A DNA stretch of 44,020 nt, from assembly GCF_001194135.2 (NCBI RefSeq), contig NC_068997.1, positions 14,856,822 through 14,900,841 on the forward strand, written 5' to 3'. Of the stretch, positions 34,560 to 44,020 are shown in pieces; the first letter of the stretch is position 1, and each line of letters opens with the position of its first letter. Below the pieces are notes generated by a model. The model had not been told where the DNA came from and did no database searches. It saw only the letters and a list, made by a program, of their open reading frames with translations. Position numbers and translations under genes: made by a program. This DNA is from Octopus bimaculoides (lineage: Eukaryota).

Positions 34560-34655
34560 TACTATTACAAGGAGGATCTTTGGGGATAGAGTCATCAAGT
34601 GCCTCCTCCATGAGATCCTAACAGGAACAATTATTATTATTACATTACGATATTT

Positions 34656-34772
34656 GCCTTTCAGCCTTTTGGGGTTGATAAATTAAGTACCAGTGAAAAC
34701 TTGGGTCGATATAATCAACTAGTTCCTTCCCCACAATTTCCGGCCCTTGTGCTTATAGTAGAAAGGATTATT
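34656..34772 (+). mobile_element. Family D SINE 3' half
   Basis: GCCTTTCAGCCTTTTGGGGTTGATAAATTAAGTACCAGT..GTAGAAAGGATTATTA. Confidence 0.8.
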
Positions 34773-34829
34773 AAATTTCCCAGCGGGATTTTCGAGTGTG
34801 ATAATATCCACTAGGATCATCAAGTGGTT

Positions 34830-35250
34830 ATTACCCAAACATCTCACTCTTGGTCTATCCATAGGTCTCCTGTTCTTTGACTCAGTTTGAAGAATATGTC
34901 TTGTAATTCTTTCCTGCAGTATTCTAACCCTGCATCTAAAGTACTGGAACTGTGATCTCTAAATGTGGTAAAGTAGCCTCTTGCCCTGGAGAGATCCCCT
35001 GATCTATGAGCTACGCACCCTGTTGAGTAGTAATGTTACTCCAGAGATCCTTTGGAGGAACTTCACTCCAGCCAATTGCATTTGCAATCATACTCTTTTG
35101 GTCATTATCCAACATTTATGGTTATAGGCGAGGATAGGTACAGAAACTAAACTGAAGATTCTATGAGAATTGAATAATGAAACTGGTACATTACGGTGCC
35201 AGCACCTGTAATTCTAGCATCCAGTTCAGTCTCCTGCTTTTTGTCTCATG
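34830..35250 (-). pseudogene. RTE-clade non-LTR retrotransposon ORF fragment (region C-terminal to the RT core)
   Basis: 35159-34830 translates IFSLVSVPILAYNHKCWIMTKRV*LQMQLAGVKFLQRISGVTLLLNRVRSS*IRGSLQGKRLLYHI*RSQFQYFRCRVRILQERITRHILQTESKNRRPMDRPRVRCL, preceded by ELDARITGAGTVMYQ. This matches the RTE/Rex3 pattern EIDRRIG.A..VM ... P.L.YG.E.W..T ... DRVRSS.IR..L ... GRRPRGRPR.RW. Confidence 0.85.
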
Positions 35251-35255
35251 TGAAT

Positions 35256-35390
35256 ATTGGTTTCAAATTTTGGCATAAGGCCTCATAAATTTTGGGAGAG
35301 GGTGAAGGTTGATTATATCAGCCCCATAGCTCAAATGGCACTCATTTTATCGATCCTGAAAGGATGAAAAGCTAAGTCACCTCAGTGGAA
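35256..35390 (-). mobile_element. Family D SINE 3' half
   Basis: TTTGGCATAAGGCC..GATTATATCAGCCCC..TTTTATCGATCCTGAAAGGATGAAAAGCTAAGTCACCTCAG. Confidence 0.7.
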
Positions 35391-36680
35391 CATACCTTGC
35401 GCATACTGAAAAACGAAAATCAAATCATAAAAGATTTAAAGCCAGTAGCTGTTAATGATGATGATGATGATGATAAAGATGACAATGATGATGATGACAA
35501 TGGCAGAGGGTTTTGTCTTACAGTCATTATGTATCATTCAAATTTACAGACAATTTCCAAAAACTATCTTGAGAGGAGGCTAAAGAAATTCATAACATCT
35601 AAATGATGACATGAAAGGTTGAATGCCATATACAACTGTTAACACATTAAGATTACAACAAAACAAAACAACAAAGCAAACACAACAAAGAAAATCAAAC
35701 GTATTGGAAGGAGATGACGTAGCAGAGATAGAATTTACTACTTTTAACAGTCCTCATTTGGGTTGAAACAGTTAAATATACTTGCCTAGCTTAATCTTAT
35801 TAATTCTACAATTATGGAAGTAATCATTAAGACTCAATAGAGGTGTTCTTCTCAATATTCATTGAAGAGCATTAGTTTTCTTAGGAAGCCAATTTTCTAG
35901 ATAAAATATAATTAACCTTTTAATTAAGGAACTTAATGTGCCATGAAATAATAGCTGCAGGTGATGAAATGACATGAGAATTGTGGAACAACATTGCTGC
36001 AGGAACTAGAAATCCTAAATTGTAAATTATTATCCCCAGTACCATAGCAGTGCAATTTCTATCACATACCGAGCTTCATAAATATTGAAAACAGACCAAT
36101 CACTTCTCATAAGCATTACAACTAAATACAAGAGTTAGAACAAGCAGCATCTACATAGAATTGCATAGTTTAGTTAAATTGTCAATTATAATGGCTACAT
36201 AAGATAATTTTCCCAAACTGAAATGCATATAGTATATAATATAATAATTTGAAAGATTATACCAAAATTATAAGGAACTCAAAATGTTCTGTCTGAGAGA
36301 CAGAAAACCGTGCTGTAGTTAACATCTAATTATATGCAATGGTTACCACAATTTAATGAGAAGAGAAACTAGATGTTTGTGAATACATTCATACAAAATT
36401 ACAATATGAAGTGTATAATAAAATATAATCATTAAAACAAGGCCCTGTCATATTCAGAAACTTAAAAGCAAACAGAAATACAGAATATACAGTCCAACAA
36501 AAGATGACAGTGACTTCGAAGTTACTGTCATATCTCTTCTTGTAATCTACTAAAACGTATTGAATAAGTCTCCAGTTTAATGTTAAATTGCTTTTATATA
36601 TTGACTTGATATCAAACATTAAGTGGTGAAGGGGATTTTAAAGTTTTGGCTTGCTAAGTCACTATCAGCACTATTAGTCT

Positions 36681-36890
36681 TCATCATCATCATTATCGTC
36701 ATCGTCGTCGTCGTCATCATCGCCGTTGTCGTCATCGTCGTTTAACATCTACCTTTCATGCTGGCATGGGTCGGACATTTTGACAGGAGCTGGGCAAGCA
36801 GAAGCCTGCACCATGCTTCTTTGTCTGTTTCGGCATGGTTTTTTACGGTTGGATGCCCTTCCTAACACCAACCACTTCACAGTGTGGACT
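36681..36890 (-). mobile_element. RTE-LINE 3' tail (family C variant)
   Basis: (CAT/CGT)n CGTTTAACATC..ATGCTGGCATGGG..GGATGCCCTTCCTAACACCAACCAC. Confidence 0.8.
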
Positions 36891-36960
36891 TAAGTTTTGT
36901 AAATGTATAATAAATACACCACAAATATACCGAGTAATCCTTCGGTTTAATGTCAAATTC

Positions 36961-37131
36961 AGTTCTACGTTTAAGAGATGAGGAATTATGTACATTATTT
37001 ACATTATTTACATTTGATGGATATTTGTCCTCATCTTGTTTGTTGTTAACACAACATTTCCGCTGATATACCTTCCAGCCTTCATCAGGTGTCTTGGGGA
37101 AATTTCAAACCTGGGTTCTCATTCCTAAGGT
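36961..37131 (-). mobile_element. Family H element, 3' part including the hammerhead motif
   Basis: Aligns with 5933-6080 and is the reverse complement of 6285-6373. Confidence 0.85.
37048..37093 (-). ncRNA. Degenerate minimal type I hammerhead ribozyme motif
   Basis: Minus strand reads GACAC-CTGATGA-A-GGCTG-GAAGGTATAT-CAGCG-GAAATGTT-GTGTT. Stem I and core are intact; C>T at the ACGU CpG and C>G at the base of stem II. Confidence 0.6.
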
Positions 37132-37299
37132 ATAATAATAATAAAAGATAGATTGGTATACAGAGCTGCCTTCTGCAATTATGAGTAAGGAAATTCTGAG
37201 TGGATATATTTGCTTTTTTGTAGAAAGAGTGTTAAGTGTGATCTAACTTAAAAACCCTTCCAAAGAAATTTCATGTTGATATAAGTTTCAGACACCGTT

Positions 37300-37395
37300 A
37301 TAAAATGCCAAAACTATTTTATTAAGTTGTGCATCATTTCTAAGATTAATTGAAAAAGCAATGTATTTCGATAGAAATATGGTAACATAAGTGTA
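37300..37395. mobile_element. Right end of the piggyBac-like MITE family
   Basis: ATTAATTGAAAAAGCAATGTATTTCGATAGAAATATGGTAACATAAGTGTAA resembles 32122-32178. Confidence 0.4.
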
Positions 37396-37420
37396 AAATA
37401 AAAGAAATATGTAGAATTAC

Positions 37421-37756
37421 GGAGTCTCACAGAGGTAATGACAAAAGACCAAGACCTTTGGCAATATGCTGTGCTTGAGAAGACCCATCAGGCCAAGTGA
37501 AATCGTAGTCGTGGCAGATACTGGTGACACGCAACTGGCACCCATGCCAGTGGCACGTAAAGGCACCCATAGTGGTGACACGTAAAAGCACCCATTACAC
37601 TCTCAGAGTGGTTGGTGTTAGAAAGGGCATCCAGTCATAGAAAAACCATGCCAAATCAGACTGGAGTCTGGTGCGGCCTTCCCAGCTTACCATCCCTGGT
37701 CAGACCGTCCAGCCAATGCCAGCATAGACAACGGACGCTAAATGATGATGATGATG
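37421..37756 (+). mobile_element. RTE-LINE 3' end: ORF terminus, 3' UTR and (GAT)n tail
   Basis: 37426-37500 encodes LTEVMTKDQDLWQYAVLEKTHQAK* (RTE C-terminal ..DR..WR..V motif), followed by the family C UTR and ACGGACGCTAAATGATGATGATG. Confidence 0.85.
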
Positions 37757-39010
37757 AAGGAGAATAGAAACTCTGAGTACTACAGATTCCCAAAGGGTAT
37801 TAAAAAAAAAAAGGGAGTGAGAGAAAGAGAAAAAATGTTGTAGATCATGATAAGTATACAAAAACAAATACAAATCCATTTTGTATTTTGAAGATTTTGA
37901 TAATTTAAATAAATAACTAACAATCCAGTTATGAAGATATAGCTAGTAGATTATGAGATCAAGTGTATACTTTTAAAAGTAAGCCATTTTTTTTACATGA
38001 CAAGATTACTGTGTTGAAACAAACATCCAATAAGAATAAACAGATCAACATTTTTGATTCATAAGTTTTGAGTTTCATCTAAATAGCATTAAAATTGCCT
38101 AACAATCTTAAGCCTAGATTCACACAAACACATATATATACACAGACACATGCACGAACACACCTGTACATGCATACACACAAGCAAAGAAGACATAATT
38201 TGTATACAAATTCAGGTGTATAAAATGACTGCATGAAATAGAGAGAATTAAACTTTCTGGATTAAGCCAGCAAATCTGACTCAATGAGAGTAGCTCAAAC
38301 TGCTAGAAATAACAGCCAAATTCCCTTCAAAATGCTTATTAACAATTTATAAATGGCAGGATATTGTAGTTCTAAGATACTTTGACCAAGAAAGCTAAGA
38401 TAATTTTAACATCTGATCAATTATTTTAATATCTGATCGCTTTAATCAAGGTTAACCTGGATCAGAAAAGTAATATATTTCACATACATACATACATTCT
38501 TATATAAACATAAAACCACAAATATGAATATAAGAGGCTTCTTTTAATTTCTTTCCGTCAAATCAACAGATATTGACCAGTATAAGTCCTAATGCAAGGC
38601 AACTGCTTGAGGAACTATGCAATGTGGTCTCAAAACGTGGTTGTGCAGCAAATTTCTTAACTACGTTGTTATGGCTTATNNNNNNNNNNNNNNNNNNNNN
38701 NNNNNNNNNNNNNNNNNNNNNNNNNNNNNNNNNNNNNNNNNNNNNNNNNNNNNNNNNNNNNNNNNNNNNNNNNNNNNNNNNNNNNNNNNNNNNNNNNNNN
38801 NNNNNNNNNNNNNNNNNNNNNNNNNNNNNNNNNNNNNNNNNNNNNNNNNNNNNNNNNNNNNNNNNNNNNNNNNNNNNNNNNNNNNNNNNNNNNNNNNNNN
38901 NNNNNNNNNNNNNNNNNNNNNNNNNNNNNNNNNNNNNNNNNNNNNNNNNNNNNNNNNNNNNNNNNNNNNNNNNNNNNNNNNNNNNNNNNNNNNNNNNNNN
39001 NNNNNNNNNN

Positions 39011-39047
<37 letters not shown>

Positions 39048-39251
39048 CTAGGGTGTTAGAAACACCTACGTTGCTAGAAATAGGGGCTAAAATGCTCAAA
39101 TGCTGTTGTCAGAGCACATGATTGTATGTATATACACTGATTGTATATATAATCACCCAAAAATACAATGCATACAATTATATGGTCTGACTACTGCATT
39201 AGACCGTTTTAGCTCTTATTTCTAGCAGTGTAAGTGTTTCTAACACCCTAG
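39048..39251. mobile_element. MITE with 56-bp terminal inverted repeats
   Basis: 39048-39103 versus the reverse complement of 39196-39251: 48/56 identical, first 18 perfect. Boundaries fit either a TA or a CTAG target duplication. Confidence 0.85.
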
Positions 39252-39311
39252 ACACACTTAGTGATGGCTATAGTTTTCCTTTCTGGTAAAACATTGCACA
39301 CAGACGAATAA

Positions 39312-39421
39312 ATAAATAGACAGACAGACAGATAGATAGGTAGATAGACAGATAAATAGACAGATAGATAAATAGATAGATATATAGACAGACAGACAGA
39401 AGATAGACAGACAGAAATATT

Positions 39422-39457
<36 letters not shown>
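39312..39457. repeat. (GATA)/(GACA) microsatellite, left flank of the insertion
   Basis: Direct observation. Confidence 0.95.
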
Positions 39458-40599
39458 CATTTCTTTTATTAGCCACACAGGGCTCAACGAAGATGGGACA
39501 AATACAATGTAGAACTTTTCTTTTTGGGAGGGGAAGAAAAAAAAGGGGGGGTCGATCAAAAGGGATCGTAAGAAGGAAAAGGGGGTAGTTCNNNNNNNNN
39601 NNNNNNNNNNNNNNNNNNNNNNNNNNNNNNNNNNNNNNNNNNNNNNNNNNNNNNNNNNNNNNNNNNNNNNNNNNNNNNNNNNNNNNNNNNNNNNNNNNNN
39701 NNNNNNNNNNNNNNNNNNNNNNNNNNNNNNNNNNNNNNNNNNNNNNNNNNNNNNNNNNNNNNNNNNNNNNNNNNNNNNNNNNNNNNNNNNNNNNNNNNNN
39801 NNNNNNNNNNNNNNNNNNNNNNNNNNNNNNNNNNNNNNNNNNNNNNNNNNNNNNNNNNNNNNNNNNNNNNNNNNNNNNNNNNNNNNNNNNNNNNNNNNNN
39901 NNNNNNNNNNNNNNNNNNNNNNNNNNNNNNNNNNNNNNNNNNNNNNNNNNNNNNNNNNNNNNNNNNNNNNNNNNNNNNNNNNNNNNNNNNNNNNNNNNNN
40001 NNNNNNNNNNNNNNNNNNNNNNNNNNNNNNNNNNNNNNNNNNNNNNNNNNNNNNNNNNNNNNNNNNNNNNNNNNNNNNNNNNNNNNNNNNNNNNNNNNNN
40101 NNNNNNNNNNNNNNNNNNNNNNNNNNNNNNNNNNNNNNNNNNNNNNNNNNNNNNNNNNNNNNNNNNNNNNNNNNNNNNNNNNNNNNNNNNNNNNNNNNNN
40201 NNNNNNNNNNNNNNNNNNNNNNNNNNNNNNNNNNNNNNNNNNNNNNNNNNNNNNNNNNNNNNNNNNNNNNNNNNNNNNNNNNNNNNNNNNNNNNNNNNNN
40301 NNNNNNNNNNNNNNNNNNNNNNNNNNNNNNNNNNNNNNNNNNNNNNNNNNNNNNNNNNNNNNNNNNNNNNNNNNNNNNNNNNNNNNNNNNNNNNNNNNNN
40401 NNNNNNNNNNNNNNNNNNNNNNNNNNNNNNNNNNNNNNNNNNNNNNNNNNNNNNNNNNNNNNNNNNNNNNNNNNNNNNNNNNNNNNNNNNGACCCGGGTT
40501 GTTGGAGTTGCCGAAGAGCAGCGCGACACTCGCGGTGCCATTCGCCCTTCCTCGGCCTCTTCTTGATCCACGACTGCAGTTCGGTCATGGAGACGAGCT
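39458..40599 (-). mobile_element. 5'-truncated L1/Tx1-type non-LTR retrotransposon inserted in (GATA)n; middle hidden by an 899-nt gap
   Basis: On the minus strand, GC-rich 40599-40491 reads [36 protein letters not shown]. After the gap come a pyrimidine-rich UTR and a terminal AATAAAAGAAAT (AATAAA at 39465-39470) abutting TATC repeats. The same microsatellite lies on both sides. The clade is inferred. Confidence 0.5.
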
Positions 40600-40675
40600 G
40601 ATAGATAGATAAATAGACAGATAGATAAATAGATAGATAAATAGATAGATATATAGACAGACAGACAGAAAGATT

Positions 40676-40731
<56 letters not shown>

Positions 40732-40825
40732 TATAAGATAGATAGATAGACAAATAGACGGGCAAATAGACAGACAGGCAGACAGACGGACAGACAGATA
40801 CATACATACATACATACATACATAT
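40600..40825. repeat. (GATA)/(GACA)/(TACA) microsatellite, right flank
   Basis: Direct observation. Confidence 0.95.
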
Positions 40826-40982
40826 ACACACCACACATACACACAGACACAGTATGTCCAAATGTCCAAATGCCTAGCTTCTGTTGGCACAAATGCGAAT
40901 CAGTTTCCAATACAAAAACATATACTTCACTTACCAAATATACATGTAGGCATCGGTAAATCAATATACTTACAGAAACACG

Positions 40983-41033
<51 letters not shown>

Positions 41034-41043
41034 NNNNNNNNNN

Positions 41044-41089
<46 letters not shown>

Positions 41090-41208
41090 AACACACACAC
41101 ACTGACCTCTGTTGTACTAAAACACAGTCTCATGACAATCTTCAGATAAAACACATTCTCATGTAAGTATACAGACATAATCAATGCACTCACATTTAAT
41201 AGATGAAT

Positions 41209-41249
<41 letters not shown>

Positions 41250-41781
41250 AAGGGTATACATTCAAGATAAACTGATAAGCTCTTACTTATCTATAGAGAA
41301 ACACATGCACAAACAAAAATGCACGCCTATTTAGAGACTTATACAGACGTAGGTGACAGATCTAATGTATACAAACGCAGAGATTTGTGCAAATATATAG
41401 GCTTAAACGGACTCAGTAATATACAAATTGTTTATGACTAAGTAGACTAAGTGTTTATAAATATATACAATCCTGGTGAAAAAAACAAAAAAACAAACAA
41501 CTTTTGCATGTATGTATAAAAGTGTTTGATAGAGAAATGGTTATGTATGTATGTATAATAATAATAGGATTTACACACTTGGAGACAAGTAACAACACAC
41601 AGATGTGCAAATATATATTCTCAAAACTCAATCATACACAACTGCTTTTTGAAACAGAGAAGTCTCTACTGAACCGCTGTAATTCTGTTTAAGTATTGAG
41701 AAAAAAAATATGTAAACTTGCACGGGTAGTGTATGTGTGTGTGTGTGTGTGTGTATGTGTGTGTCTGCATCTACATGCATC

Positions 41782-41822
<41 letters not shown>

Positions 41823-43339
41823 AGAAAATTCAAAATTTTTTGCCAGGAAAAATAGCTATATTTTTTTTTCCACTTATGCTTTCTACTAGTAGTTGGAATA
41901 TTACAGTCAAAAATTTAAAATTTATCTACATAACCATCAGCCAGACAGCCAAATACTATCTATTCATCAATTACACATTCATATATATATATATACACAC
42001 ACATATATATATATGTGCATGTGTATATATATATATATACATATATATATATGTATATGTATATATATCCATATATATACNNNNNNNNNNNNNNNNNNNN
42101 NNNNNNNNNNNNNNNNNNNNNNNNNNNNNNNNNNNNNNNNNNNNNNNNNNNNNNNNNNNNNNNNNNNNNNNNNNNNNNNNNNNNNNNNNNNNNNNNNNNN
42201 NNNNNNNNNNNNNNNNNNNNNNNNNNNNNNNNNNNNNNNNNNNNNNNNNNNNNNNNNNNNNNNNNNNNNNNNNNNNNNNNNNNNNNNNNNNNNNNNNNNN
42301 NNNNNNNNNNNNNNNNNNNNNNNNNNNNNNNNNNNNNNNNNNNNNNNNNNNNNNNNNNNNNNNNNNNNNNNNNNNNNNNNNNNNNNNNNNNNNNNNNNNN
42401 NNNNNNNNNNNNNNNNNNNNNNNNNNNNNNNNNNNNNNNNNNNNNNNNNNNNNNNNNNNNNNNNNNNNNNNNNNNNNNNNNNNNNNNNNNNNNNNNNNNN
42501 NNNNNNNNNNNNNNNNNNNNNNNNNNNNNNNNNNNNNNNNNNNNNNNNNNNNNNNNNNNNNNNNNNNNNNNNNNNNNNNNNNNNNNNNNNNNNNNNNNNN
42601 NNNNNNNNNNNNNNNNNNNNNNNNNNNNNNNNNNNNNNNNNNNNNNNNNNNNNNNNNNNNNNNNNNNNNNNNNNNNNNNNNNNNNNNNNNNNNNNNNNNN
42701 NNNNNNNNNNNNNNNNNNNNNNNNNNNNNNNNNNNNNNNNNNNNNNNNNNNNNNNNNNNNNNNNNNNNNNNNNNNNNNNNNNNNNNNNNNNNNNNNNNNN
42801 NNNNNNNNNNNNNNNNNNNNNNNNNNNNNNNNNNNNNNNNNNNNNAACAGTTTGAACATGAAATAATTGACACAAAAATCACTAAAATGAAATTTTCCAG
42901 AATAAGGATAATAGGACGGCGGGGGAGGGGAAGGGGTTGGTGGTGGTGGTGGTGGTGGCGGTGGTAGTAGTTATATGGCAGGGGTGGAGGTGGGGGTGCA
43001 GGGCACAGAGAATAAGATAGAAACAGAAAGAAAGAATGAAAGAAGGAGAGAATAAGAAATAAAATAAAAAAACAAATGTGTATGATAACTAAAAAGTATT
43101 GACATAAAAACAAAAAAATATTTATATAAAATACATATATCTATATAGATAAGTTAATAAAAAAAAATATGTAATATAGAATTTATATATATAAAAAAAA
43201 AAGAATAAACAAATTTATTAATAAATATCAAGTATATTTGAGAGTTTCTTTCATGTAAAATATACCTAAACACTACCTGATAAAATTTCCATAGGATTAC
43301 TGAACAGAATATACAAACAGTGTGAGATATGTGCTGTGC

Positions 43340-43417
<78 letters not shown>

Positions 43418-44020
43418 CGTGTGTGTGTGCAGGTGTATGCATACGTGTGTGCAGGTATATGCATATATGTGTGTGAAGGTGTATATATGTATATGTGTGT
43501 GTGAAGGTGTATATATGTATATGTGTGTTTGCAGGTGTATGTATATGTGTGTGAAGGTGTATATATGTATATGTGTGTGTGTGTGTGTGTGTGGGCAGGT
43601 GTATGCATATGTGTGTGCTGGTGTATATATATATATATATGTGTGTGTGTGAAGGTGTATATATGTATATGCGTGTGTGCAGGTGTATGTATATGTGTGT
43701 GAAGGTGTAGGCATATGTGTGTGTGTGTGTGTGTGGATGTGCATATATTTGTGTGTGTGTGTGCACGTATTTTTCATGAATCTGTGTGTGTGAGAGACAG
43801 AGAGACAGTGTGTGTATGTGTGCATGCATGTGCATATGAGTGTGTGCATGTGTATGCATATGTGTGTTCTGGTGTATGTATATGTGTGTGAAGGTGTATG
43901 TATACGTGTGTGAAGGTGTATGCTTATGTGTGTGCAGATGTATGCATATGTGTTTGCAGTTGTTTGCATATGTGTGTGTGTGGATGTGTATGTATTTGTA
44001 TGTGTGTATGCATGTATTTG
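43340..44020. repeat. (TG)n tract grading into a TG-derived minisatellite
   Basis: Recurring GTGTG(A/C)AGGTGTAT(A/G)(T/C)AT.. units of about 18-30 bp. Confidence 0.9.

Noticed and set aside
39248-41102. 537-aa and 614-aa ORFs
   Set aside because: Open only because of 899 Ns and GATA/CA repeats; only about 36 codons at 40491-40599 look like real (TE) coding sequence.

Overview
Eukaryotic, AT-rich, repeat-saturated non-coding DNA from a gapped draft assembly, with 17 N-gaps, most bordered by microsatellites. The SINE/LINE repertoire and the dense (TA)n/(TG)n/(GATA)n/(GAT)n tracts look like Octopus (coleoid cephalopod); this is inferred from recognition, not from a search. I cannot support any intact host protein-coding exon, and essentially all long ORFs in the track are microsatellite or N-gap artefacts. 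The window holds at least three tRNA-headed SINE families (labelled A, B and D here, about 25 copies or fragments), many RTE-LINE 3' ends, one RTE reverse-transcriptase pseudogene fragment, a probable L1/Tx1-type fragment inserted in a (GATA)n tract, and two MITE types. Most interesting: (1) a dispersed tRNA-headed element (labelled H) carrying a minimal type I hammerhead-ribozyme motif, in three degenerate copies, two of them forming a head-to-head palindrome at 5.9-6.4 kb; (2) a second, unrelated hammerhead-like motif at 23.07 kb; (3) a young, GC-rich, highly structured 366-bp unit bounded by identical 71-bp direct repeats inside a (TA)n-rich tract at 29.8-30.3 kb.
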